The notes beneath the pieces are model-generated. The model was not told where the DNA came from, did not search any database, and worked only from the letters and a program-made list of their open reading frames with translations. From NCBI RefSeq assembly GCF_018977255.1, contig NW_024704743.1, forward strand, positions 105,960,001 through 106,024,000: 64,000 nucleotides of DNA. The letters run 5' to 3'. Source of the DNA: Callorhinchus milii. Lineage: Eukaryota. The translations under genes were made by a program, and so were the position numbers. Each line of letters begins with the position of its first letter. Positions within the stretch are counted from its first letter, which is position 1. This document shows, in pieces, positions 1 to 12,868 of the stretch.

Positions 1-3000
1 TTTGCTTATGGAAATAATGGAGCTAACACTAAGTCTGGCCTATTGTACCAATCTGCTTGGAAGTTTTGTTAAGCAGCATTATCCCAAATTCCACCTAGTC
101 TTAGCCTATAGTTTCATATCTTATAACCTACCTCTTTAACTGTGCCTGTTGTTCCTTCCCCCCTCTCCCCTCCCACCCTGCTCGACAGCGCCATTGTAAA
201 GCGCTCCAAGACAATACTTTCAAGGGCCCTATATAAATGTGAGTTGTCATTCTTGTTATTTTGTCTTAAAATTTAAGACTGTCATGACAATTCAGTGTTT
301 TGGAAAACTCCCAGAAACATAGTTTCCAAATTAAGATTGAATTGAAGAAGTTTGCGTGCAATCTCTCTCCAGTGCAGTGAAGAAGGAAACTTATTGGCTT
401 GGCCTATATGGTCTGTCTTACCTGACAGACTGCTTCGAATCCTCGGAGATGCCAAGTTCCAGGAATTAATTTCTGTGAGATGATAGGGCATGGTAGCCCA
501 AGCCTTGATCTTGCCCTCACCTTACCCTAAGAACATATAGACTATTAGGGGCTCAACTCACCGTTTACAGGTTCAGCAGAGATAATATATGCACTGGGAT
601 GGATTTTATATACTATATAACAGCAATCTCCACAAAGTGCTCTGAGATGTTACCTTGCATTAGGGGCACTATATTTGTTGTTGTATCAGGTATTTTTCGT
701 GGCTTATTTAATTTCAATACATACACTAATTTTTGCACAAACATTAAATGTTAAATGAGACCTGAAAAATAAATTAAATGTTACCTTCACGGTAATTGAT
801 CAGAAAGTGTGCAACCCTTAAAGGCTGAGTGGGCTCTTCCTTTCCCGCATTTCTACATAAGAGAATATTGGTCCAAATTAATTGCTTAAAGTAATACTTG
901 AGATGCTGAGATTTTTGATGCTGTGATCAGAGGATAGTAGGGTGAGTGAGTGTTCTGAAAGGGTGAAATCAGATGGGCCAAAGGGCCTTCTTCATTTGAA
1001 CTAATCTTGTGATCTTGTGGTCACCGTTTGCAAGTGTTCAGTTTACGGATGGTACAACATTGAGTCAATTGACATCTGAGCTTCTTCTATTCCTATCAGT
1101 GTATCTATAGGTCTGGGTCTTAATTCAACAAACATGACCTGTGTCAAGTACACATGTAGCTGGGCTGGGCAGGTAGTTTTAGTGGGCCTGTGCTTTACTT
1201 CTCCCTCTACAATAAATACAGCTGGCTAAACTGAACACTGCCACATTAACTGCAGGGTTTTTATTCCTGTTGGATAATATTGTTAAACGTTCATTTCATA
1301 AATAAAAAGGGCATGTTTATAAAAAGATTTGTTCAGAACTCAGAACAGTAAGAAAGGACACTTGACATTCCCAATTATCCCTAAATTCTGAAGATTGTTT
1401 CTGAATTCCCAAGTTATCCTGACTTGGGCCAGCTTTATTTCTCATTGAAACCAATTTGTTCATGGAAAGGGTTTTCCATGATTCAAGCTAACCAGAACAT
1501 TCATGGTTATTTGTTTCTCTTCACAGCTGTTTATTGGATATTGCTTTGTTAAATTGGCAGCCACATTCACCTATAAAATACAGTCACTACACTTTACAGT
1601 CAATCTATTAAGCACTTTGACACAAAAGGTCCTTTATTAAATATTATTATTAACATAATAATATGCCGATCTTGATGGTTTGGTGTAGTGATGGAAACAT
1701 AAACAATAGCTTTGCTGCATGTCTCAGGAGTAGGTGTAAGTGAGGGGAATGAACATCCGAGCAAATCTTCAAGTGCAGTACATTTTCAAAATATTTCAAT
1801 TAAACAACAACGATTTGCTTTTATATAGCACCCTTCACATGAATAGCATCTCAAAGCATTTGAATTAATTTTGAATTTATTTACAAAGCAATATGCAGAC
1901 TCATCACTGAAAAACCTTAAATGACTATTACTAATCTCCTTAAATTTGCTGGTCAACATTGAAATGTCACATGAAATATGCGCTTGGTTCACTACAGTAG
2001 TGGCTTACTCCTTCACTGAGCCATCCCTGGAACTATATTTTAAAGCTGTCACAACACAATTGGTATATTATTCATAGTTGAACCTTTTCCTGAGGGTTTC
2101 TGCCTCCAATCCCCCTGAATTGAATATTAAAGAAAAAATTTGTGGTTTTGCATTATGTGTATCTACATAGGCATTCTCTACATCTGCAATGATATGCTAA
2201 CTCAGAATTGACAAAAAGAAAGGAGAAAAATATAACCCATTAAAAANGTTAAAGCTCAATTCACAATGTGGATATACGGTTCATACCTCTTGGTTTAATT
2301 TTGTGTTCCTTCACATGCAGGTAAACCTGAACTTTTGATTCATCGGGGTCAATTTCAGTGTTCACTGGGCTCAACTGGGTCAGAAACTTGTGGTTTCAAG
2401 CTCGGCGTTCAACAGGCAGACATCCCTCACCTATCACTTCCCAAAACTGTTCTCAATGGCTACATCCATGAAGCCAGACCTTTTCCTATCTGACAGTAGG
2501 AACAGCTACTCTGAGATTATTTAGTAAAAAAAATAGTTTCCATTACCCAGCAGGCAAATCTGTGAACCATGAGTCTGGTGCATTAGCCCAGCCTTGTAAT
2601 CACTGGCACTATATAAATGCAAGTTCTTGTCGTTGTTGCTGTATTTACTTATCTCAAAAATAGATACTGCCATTTTGTTGTGGAATAGTAATATTGTCAT
2701 CATTGAAGTATACCACTGAGTACAAAATTAAAAAGACTCAAATGAGATCTGATGTTTCGTTTACCCCACAGTATAGTAGAAGTAGAGTAGTCTCCTAGCA
2801 CATACAGCTAAAGATTGTGAAGGTTGTTGAACTACTTTTATGAAACTTGGATGAATGCCTGGTTAAGCGAACAAATTGATGGATTTAAGGGTAAATATAT
2901 TCTGAGGTGATCAAACACAGTGACTTTGTACTGGTGGAAATTTGAAAATGTCATCTGTTGAATGCAATTGGTTAGGACTGCAAAATAGAAATCATGTAAG

Positions 3001-5769
3001 AGTGATATGAGTGTGAAAGATAATCCTTGCATTTGACATATCACCTTTTATGTCAGGAGGACGTTTCAAAATGCTTCACAGGATTTACCGTAAAGTGAAC
3101 GAACGGTGTATTTTGTAGGCAATCTCATTATAACAGCCATGAAGTAAATGCGTAATTTACCTGGAGGGTTGTTGTCCAGGACACTGGGAGAAACTCCCTT
3201 CACTTTTGAATAGTGCCATGAGATATTTTACACTCACCTGAAACATGCAGACAAGACCTTGTTTTAACATCTTATCTGAAGGATGCACCTCTAACAATAC
3301 AGCCCACCCCAGCACTGTATTGGAGTGTCAGCCTAGACTCAACACATCCACAACCTTTTGACTGAGGAGAGAATTTACTTAAGGAGATCATTGCATGAAG
3401 TCAAAAAGCTTAATCTTCTGAAAATGTTTCTTACTGCTTCACCTCCCTCTCAAAAATGACAAGTTGGATAAAGTTTGCTGTACATGGTTTGTGGAAAGAA
3501 TGCTTCTCAAGGCCACAGACCTTTTCTTGTTTCTCGCTGCTTTAATTCTGAAGACTACATTACTTTCCCAACTTAATAAGTGTAGTATCTGCAAGAGTAC
3601 ATCAGTTTAACAATCTTCTATTCTCTTTGCAAGAATCCATTATTCTTTGTATCATGAAATCAAATTGCCATATTTTATTATTTCATTATCTCACTTTGTC
3701 AGACACTTGAAACATATCTGATATGAAGAATGATGATGGCACATGCCTCATATCTGAATTTCTTTTCCCCATAAGAGAGATGCATCAACTTGATTAGATG
3801 CCCTAATTATGATGAGGTCACAAACTCAGGAGAATAGATCAGACTTGTGACATTATAATCTATAATGCCACGCATTTGGGTTCCATTAAACTCTGAACAG
3901 AGTTGCTCATTTATAATTTACAAATCATGTTGTGCCCCATTTACACCAGGTTTGTACCTCAAATAACAATTTAGAATATACGTGTTGTTCATGATCTAGA
4001 AGGAAATAACACTGGAAACAATCTGTTCAACAGTACTGCGGTAGTATATAAATGGTTCAAATTCAATTCAATACCACCTCAAAAAAGGCCCTGTAATTTT
4101 TGGTAACTCATTGAAGAACATTTAATCAACAATTTTAATTGTATTAAAGACTGTTCAGTCCTTCGATAACACTGATAAACAATGTTCAGCATTAGTTAGC
4201 AAAGCTCTCCTCAAATCTTAGTGACCACGATTTTGTAACAGAAAATGTGAATACTGTTTGATATTCTGAACAGCTTCAGTGTAAATGGAGCTGAGGAAAG
4301 TTCCACTATCACATTGAATTGCACTATTTTCATGAATTACAAAAATGCATTTAGAATTAGAACTTTGTGAAAGGTGTTTGAAATATTCAGATGAATAATT
4401 TGTTCAAAGACACAACTTCTAAAATGCCGGCTGTTTCAACTGTTATTTCATGGGATAGTTTTCTATTCATGACTGCTGGGTGTCCTTGATGTTTTCAGGA
4501 AATCAAACCTCCCTGCTGACCAGCAGTGAGAGTTACACCAATGCACTTAGATTGGCATCCTTGCATCTCCTTTGTCTCCACCAACAATGAAGTGTTATTT
4601 GTGTCCTGCAGTGAATACAGTCACTGAGTACGCCAAGTGAGTCTTCAGAAATGCCTATACTGTTAAAGGGCCACTAGCTTTAAGGAAAAGTATTTTGCAA
4701 AATTCAGACTGTATTAAAATGGCACTACATCACTTGGCACTTTGTCACAGCTGACACACAGACAGTTATTATAAACAATAGTTAAAATCTTTGCATTTGG
4801 CATAGCATATATCACGTTGGGAAGACGTCTCAAAGCACTTCAAAGCATATATTGTCAAGTGTACTGACTGTGTGCGTTTTTTAGAGTCGAACACCTGTAG
4901 AGTTCTGACTCTTCTGTTTTCCTAAACAAAAAGATTGTCAATTGTTTTTATTTCTCAAAGATGTTGCCCTTTTAAGATAACTGTTCTTTTCTAGAACCTT
5001 ACAACTACTTGCACCAACAATAAATCATTGATTTCAGTAGAATGAACATCAAGGTTAAAAGGGTAACCAATCACTACATCGAGACCCAAACAACAAATAA
5101 TAGAGCCCAGCAACACTAAAAACAATGCCGAACAAAGAGTTTAATGCTAACTTGCATTTCCTAAACAGCTGAGGCCCATGGTGTTTTGTGGTGTTATCCT
5201 TAATCCGTAAGTACAATACTAAGTTGAAAATTGTGCACAATTTTGTAAAATTCTTAAATTCAGTCTTAATTTTTTTAGAATGGTTTCAGTAAACCTTCAA
5301 ATGATTAATGTCGATGTTCATCAGCTTATTATTGCCTTAAATCGCTGAATCAAATGAATTATTGCTACAAATCACTATCTATTACCTATTTTCTTTCCTG
5401 GGGTCTCCAACTCCAACCCGCTCACCCCACCCCCCACACACATACAAAATGAAACTCACTGTGTACATTCAGAACTTCTCTCATGACATTCCCTATCGCA
5501 CAGATCAAAGATGGCTCAGTTAATAATGTAGTTGTCCAATATGAAACAAAGGTAAAACATATCAAGAAGGTCATAGGTTCCATTCCTGACTTGAGTTGAG
5601 GTAAGCTGATCTTAACTGCTACAATTGGTTGGAAAATCGCAAAGTAGAATGAGGAAAAAAATAGATAGGTAAAGATAGGATTGATTTAGCTGTCGAGGAA
5701 ATATTTGAGAGATTCTGTGGCAATGAAGCATTTTGGAGTAATTGAGAACAGAGTTAAACTTTTTACTTG

Positions 5770-6212
5770 TCAGCCTGGCGCAGGGTAGCATTTTCACTTC
5801 TGAGTCAGAAGATTGTGGGTTCAAACTCCACATCGGGTCTTGGAACCACATAGTCAAAACTGACATTGCAGTGATTGGGGGGTGGGGGGAGGTGTTGCAT
5901 TGTCGGAGGTGCTGTTTTTCAGATGAAACGTTAAACAGAGTTCCTGTTTGCCTGTTCAAGTGGATGTTAAAGGTCCCATAGCACTATTTGAAAAGTGAAG
6001 GGAGTTTCACCCAATGTCATGGCAAACAAATCCCCAAAATTAAATTGGTCACTCACTCCATGGCTGTTTGTGGGAAAGCTGTACGCAGACTGATTGCCAC
6101 ATTTCATGCACAATCTACAGTCAATCTACTTTACAGTATATACTGTGAAGCACTTTGAGACACTTTGACAACTTGATAAGGTGTTATGTCAAATGTTAGT
6201 ATCATTATTATT
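5770..6212 (+). mobile_element. Deu-domain SINE (DeuSINE superfamily), near full length
   Basis: tRNA-like head, then gtcggaggtgctgtttttcagatgaaacgttaaacagag...ttaaaggtcccatagcactatttgaa...gagtttcacccaatgtcatggc (Deu-like), then the shared tail. Confidence 0.75.
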
Positions 6213-6939
6213 AACAACTTGCATTTATAAAGCACCCTTCATGCAAGGTATTGTCTCGCACTGCTGTGACATGCAAGGGCAGGGGAATCAGAGGGAGAAT
6301 GTTTCCCATACAATTTTTTGATTCTTGGGGATACTCCAGGCAACGATTCAAAACACTATTGATGGAGGCCAGGGAACATTTTACTCTCTTCATTTCTCAG
6401 TTGCACTTTGTGTATGATGTGGAATAATTAAGGAATGCAGTTAGCATGTCAAATTACAAAATAGTGGTTGTCCTCTGAGAAGGGAGGGGAGGGTAATTTT
6501 TTGAAACAAAACCAAAGAATTGTACAAATTTTTTTTAATCTTTGTGATCTGACTATTTTACTCTTAAAAAAATTATTTTTGAATTCCATGCGCAAATTAG
6601 CTGCCGCGTTTCACACCACAAAATACACAGTCAAATCGCTTTACAATATATTTTGTGAAGTTCTTTGAGACATCTCAACAATCTGATAAGGCGCTGTATC
6701 AAATGCAAGATTATTATTTTATTAATTACTCCATGAATAAACTAGATATTTTTTGGCATGTTTAATCCTAACTTTCCCAAATTCAGTATTTTTTTTGAAA
6801 AGAACAAAAGTTAGAAACAGAGAACGAAAGCTCTTTTTTAAAAATCTCTTTGAGGCAAATGAAATTCTTGGTTTTAAATCCACAGGCACAGAATACAAAA
6901 GCAAGGAGGTGATATTGAACTTATAGAAAAACAAACAAC

Positions 6940-7900
6940 AGGGGTATAAGGAAAGGGCAGGTAAATGGGACTGAAAGGCTAGCTCTTATAAGAGCCAGTA
7001 CAGACACAATGGGCAAATCGCCTGTATTGTAATTTTTTATGGTTCTATTAGGCCTTGATTAGGCTACAGCCAGAATACAGTTGGCTGAAAAGGGTTAATT
7101 TACGAAGAAAGGCTGCATAAACTTGGATTGTATTCCCTTGAGTTTAGAAGATTGAGGGGTGATTTGATTGAAGTATTTAAGATGAGAAATTAGAACCAGG
7201 CCATTTACGAATTAAATCAGGAAGCATTTTTTCATTCAGAGGGTGGTAGAAATCTGGAATTCTTTTCCCCAAAAGACCTTGGATGCTGGATCCATCCACA
7301 CCTTCAAGAGTGAGGGTGATAGATTTTTGGTAGGTCAGGGTATTAAGGGATATGGGGAGAAAGCGAAAAAATTGGAATTGAAAGGATTAGTTGAGGTACA
7401 GATCAGCCATGATCTAATTAAATGGCCGAACAAGCTTGAAGGGCTGAATGGCCTACTCCTGTTCCTTTATTTCTATGTACTGACTATATTTAAGTGCTCT
7501 GAGATGCTGTCCGGGGTGGACGGCACTATATAAATCCAAGTTATTGTTGTTGACTACCGTTTGGGGCATCCAGTTATAAGAAGCATATGAAGACAATGGA
7601 AATTATGCTGCGTAAATTCACTAAGATGGTATCAGGGAAGAAGTTTCAGATATGAAGAGAAACCTGAGAAGTTAGGACTTTTTCACTCTGAAGGGTTCTG
7701 AAAGCGTAAACGATGATATATTATTTCCATTGGTCAATGAGTCACAAGAGTGCACAAATTTGTTGTCATCTCAAAAATAATTCAAAGTGAAGTTACAAAA
7801 AATTTAAATGTGGGGGTGATGGTGGTTCTCTATCACAAGTGTAATTGAAGCAGGGTTCATAAATAATGTTAAAAGAGCATGAGATAGATGCTTCAAGAGG
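6940..7900 (+). mobile_element. Cluster of CR1-clade LINE 3' fragments
   Basis: 7090-7185 translates as GLIYEERLHKLGLYSLEFRRLRGDLIEVFK. CR1-type tail gaagggctgaatggcctactcctgttcc at ~7438-7466; a further fragment at 7555-7690. Confidence 0.85.
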
Positions 7901-10900
7901 AAAATTATCAAACTCCATATTGGGACTTTCTAAGATGGGCGAGCAGTACGATGTATGACGTGCTGAACTTCCGATGAGATGTTAAACTGAAATCTGATCT
8001 GCCTATTCAGGTGGGTCTTAAGGATCGAATGTCACTATTCAAAAAGAGAAGGGGCAAAATATTCAAAAAAAGAATTTACCAGTGTCATGGGCGACAATCC
8101 CTTAGATAAAATTAGTCAACCATTTCATGGCTTTTCACGGGGCATTGCTATGTGCAAACTGGCTTCTACATTCACCTACTAATACACAGTCACTACACAT
8201 CACAGAAAATTCTGTGAAACCCTTTGAGACATTTCAACATGATAAGGTGCTATATCATTTTCACCCACAAAATACAATCAATCCACTTTACAAAATATCC
8301 TGTGAAGCTCTTTGAGACATCTCAGTGAAGTGAAAGATGCTATGGCAAATGCAAAGATTATTATATTATTAATATCAAATGCAAGTCGTCTTTTTCTGAT
8401 GGAATACGGGAAGGAAGCAGAAGAATGAAATTAGGTTGACTCATGTGTGTACTGTGTATATATATATAAAAAACAGCACAGACTTGCGACGGGCCAAGTG
8501 GCCTGTTTCTGTGAATCTTTCCCTCTTTTTGGCTTTATCTCAAACCACTGTGTGTGCTTTGGGACTGTGAAAATAATACGGTGAACCTTTGGCACTTGAT
8601 ATAAATTGAGACACACATGTGAGCTCGTGTTGGTGTTGCAGAGCTGTTGATCACTTATTGGTCTGACACTGCAAAAGCCAGTTGTTGACTGACCTCCCGA
8701 TATGGGAACGTGGATCATCCTGTCATCACCAGCAACAAGACCACATGCTGACACGGCTGTGTAATAGGATGCAGCCTCGTGTGATTTACAAGTCACAAAA
8801 TCAACAGATAGCGAGAGAGAAACGACCTCAAATCGAGCCAGACACTGCAAAGCGAATAATGATGATTGACTGCACTCAGCTGAAAGGTAGAGCCGACTTC
8901 AGGCAAATGCAGATCAGTCCCACACACTATAAGATTTAGTGTGTGGGACTGATCTGCTCACCTCTTTTCTTCTCAGATCACAAATTAAACAGCTCGTCTG
9001 CGTTGCATCTACTGTGCACATAAGAGCAGGTTGCAAGGCAGCAAAAGAATGCAATCAACTAGGTTCACAACACGGAGAGAAACGACCTCAACTGCTGCGG
9101 GTTTGACATACTTAGATATAGCACTTAGTTGTATAATATTTCTCCATCCAGTCACGAGCATTCTGTGCAAAGTTTCAACTGTCCCCTTGCTGTGCAATAG
9201 CTCACTCTTGAGTTGCAAGAATATTTTAAGAAAATTTGACTCGAGTGCAAATTCAGTTAAAAAAATATAACAGGTACAGGTAATCCTCAAAGTATTAAAC
9301 TCTTTCCATGATTGATAACTGCACAGTTCTGCAGTCTCTCCAACCCCCCCCCCCCATTTAACCCCTTCTCTGGGATTGGGGTGGGGGTCCAACGATCACC
9401 AGTGGATTTTTATCCTGATCAATTAGAAATAAGTTCCCCACTTTTCTTTGAACCTTTTCTGCACCTAACTGAAAAAAAAGATAAATAGTGAAAAGCATTT
9501 CTTGGCTTTTCATCAAAGCAAAAGCAAAAAAAAAAAGATTGCATTTATTTTGGGGATGTTTTACTCGGCTTTTCCCTAGAAGTCAATCCAAATGGCTGAT
9601 TATTAATTGTGACTGGCCCATTACACTGTATTAGATTGCCTTTGAAGTCGACAATATTATTTCTCGCTAGGTTTTTTAAGAGGCCGATTTTCCTTAGGTG
9701 CTGTGTGTGCAGCGTCTATAACAATAAAAAGTAACACCTACAATTGATCTGCTTCAAGTGTACTATCGCGACTTGAGGAGGGGGGAAATCAATTTCAGTC
9801 TCAAAAATCCTCTACCAAAAAGCTAACTAAGGTGCTCTGAGTCGGCTAATATTGCTGGGAACTAGCGAAGGTCTTCCGAAAATATTTTAGGAGCTGCTGT
9901 GTCCACACGGGTAAAGTAGCCTTTTTTCCAATAGACTTTCTGACTTGCACAGATTTCATCTTAACCTGCTTACTGGGTGGGAGTTTATCTCTGTCTGGCT
10001 GGGAGGAAGAGTGGGTCAAATGCAGTGTTTTCAAATACTAAACAGAGTCAAACTCCTATCGCATTCATTTAGAAAAGGGTTGATTTAAATCATTGTGTAC
10101 AGCATCTGAAAGGGGTAGAGAGAAATCAAATAGATTTCAGCAAAATGTAACTATCCCGGGATAATGGGGTATATGTCTCTTGATTTGGTTTACTTAAGTC
10201 TCTTAGGCCGTTTGGTATGTGTGTTGGCTATTCTGCATTAACATGGTCTTGTGCTTCTTTTAACATTAGCCCAAGAAACTAAAGCATTCCTTAGTATTCT
10301 GCAGCTCAGCTATTTACTGTTATGCTTCATTTGATCAGACCTGTTAAATGGACTCAGGTAAACGATCACAGTTTACCATCCCAGACAGGAGAGACTATCA
10401 CTCTGGTGCCCTGTCCCATCATCTGGATAGGATTGCAGAAAGGAAGTCACAGCCAAACCCAACTGTGTCGGACAGTTCAGCAAAACCAACCAATGACCCG
10501 GGAAAGTAGTTACGATATTGAAACGACTTGCGTTTCGCCCCCACACACTTCATTTCACTTCACAGTATATTCTGTGAAGCGCTTTGGACGTCTAGAAGAC
10601 GTGATAAGGCGCTATGTCAAATGCAAGGATTATTATTATTATTATTATATTATCCTTACCGTTAAACTCAATGGATTTCCATTTACTGAGATGTCATGCA
10701 GGTACGTCTGACTTAACGACCTATTACGACTGACTTAACAACATATTAATAAATAAATACGGTACATATAAGCGACGTCAGGGCATATATATTGATTATC
10801 AATCCGCCATCGGGAATCCCCGTGAAAGCCCAGACCAAACCAAACCAAATTAATTCAGAGTACAACGTTAGGTTAATATTTCACCCACGAAAATACACAG

Positions 10901-12825
10901 TGAATCCACTTTACAGTATATCATGGGAAGCGCTTTGAGACGTCCCCGTGGCGTGATAAAGGGCTATACCAAAAACAAGGCTTATTATATTATTACATAT
11001 TATATATAACACGCCTGGACAAGTTCCACTTTAAAATAATGCGCACACCGTACCATCAAAGTTTGCTTTTTTTTATGTGTAAAAAACGTACCCAACAACT
11101 GAGCACCTGCAAACCTAACAAATAATCCAATGACTAAAAGGGGTGACTCAGCTGTAAATATGTGTTTGCACATCGGTGGCTCAGTAAACATCTTCCAAAC
11201 TCAATTTGGAGTTTAACACTGATAAATGTCAGTCTGGTGCCTCGCAATCATCACATCAGTATACGTCGCTCTCTTAAATATAGTCCCATACCTACCTAGT
11301 GGAGACCAAACAACTGTCGCCAACCCTACTGGTGAAGAACGTGCTCTCTCTCTCTCTCTCTGTATTTCCATTCCCAAGCCAGCACCATCCGATCGCTTTG
11401 CCATTTCTACAAGTGTCTGAATTTCTCTGGGAAAGGCACTTGCCTTTTTCAAATGTATTCTTTTGTTCAGCGCGTTGCTGCATTCTTTATTATTTTGGGG
11501 GGAAAAGGCAAGCCCTTGCTATTGTGGGGATTTTTTTTTCTCACACATACACAACATACCCAGTGCCCGAGGCCAATTCAATTCTTTGCTCCAAGGCAAT
11601 TGTTTTAGGCTGGCTTAGGCAGCGTTTGCATGGAACAAAAAAACAAGTTGTTATCGATTCATCAAGAACTCTGCGACTATTTAATATAAAACAATTTAAA
11701 ATGTTTGTTTTTTGATGCTGCAGTCGATAATGCGTTACCATGTTAAATGCATTTTATACACATCCCTTTCTTTTGGGGGGAGGGGGGGAATAAGAGGTTG
11801 GTTTAATCTGATATTCATTTTTAAGGCTACAGTGAATCAGAAAACAAGTTTGTTTTACTGGATTCAACCTGTGGTGAACACATGACTTGCAGGAATGACC
11901 AAAGTACCCAATGCTATCAAGAATTGCTCCAGAATGAGTCAGTATCCAGCGAGGATAAAACATAAAACACTCTTTTTTTTGCTTAAATCTGTATTTTATT
12001 TTTAAATCTGAAATGTTTAAAATATAATGCTGGAAATTCACAACCGGTCTGAACGAGAAAAGTCTTTGATGCTGCATCCCAGCACGTTATTTCTACGTTC
12101 TTTGAATAAAGATATTAATAATTGTGAAATAAAGGGGGAGATGTAACAGTGGTTTCTAACAAAACCTCTAATTTCCCAGTGACATGGATGTTGTGAAAAT
12201 AACGACTCACAGTTTCCCATCCGAATTTGACAATAAAGTCCATATCAGAGGGTCCATTTTTATTTTTATGAATGTAACGTATAATGAAATAGCTGAGCAT
12301 ATTGTCGTACTAAAGGTGAGATTCAATTCTCGAGTCAGTGTGACCAATTCCTTGCCATTGTAGACAACGTTGAACGTTGAAGCAGAAGACCTATGAGAGT
12401 CGAAATATCACTTGTTATTTTGCCTGCAAGGCTATTTCGTCTTAAAATTTCAGGTTGCATCAGAATTGCAAAAAAAAATCTTGATTTCAGTCTCAATTGT
12501 GAGGTTGGTTCTTTTTAACCACTGCAGAAAAAACAGCTTCCACATTAAGGATGAATTTAAGAATTTTCCACAATTCTGCGTGATATTAAAACCCCAAGAC
12601 AACATGATCTCACGGGCTAAAGTAGGTGGAATTTCGAGCTTCCAGAAGACATCCTCAAATCAGAGGTCAATCTCAAGAAGTTGTCCAGAAATGCTAACAG
12701 CGAAATAACGTTGACTGGATGGAAAAGCAAATCAGGAACAAGAGAAAAAAAACTGCAAGAAGGCGCAGAAAGAAGCGTTAAAGTTAAAAGAGACCGACAA
12801 AATATTTCAGCTGATATGAGGTGTA

Positions 12826-12868
12826 TGTGTGTGTGTGGTGGTGGTGGTGGTGGTGGTTGGGGGGGAGG
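12826..12868. repeat. (GT)n-(GGT)n-G run microsatellite
   Basis: gtgtgtgtgtggtggtggtggtggtggtggttggggggagg. Confidence 0.9.

Noticed and set aside
10152..10163. 12-bp palindrome TATCCCGGGATA
   Set aside because: Palindromes of this length are expected by chance in 64 kb.
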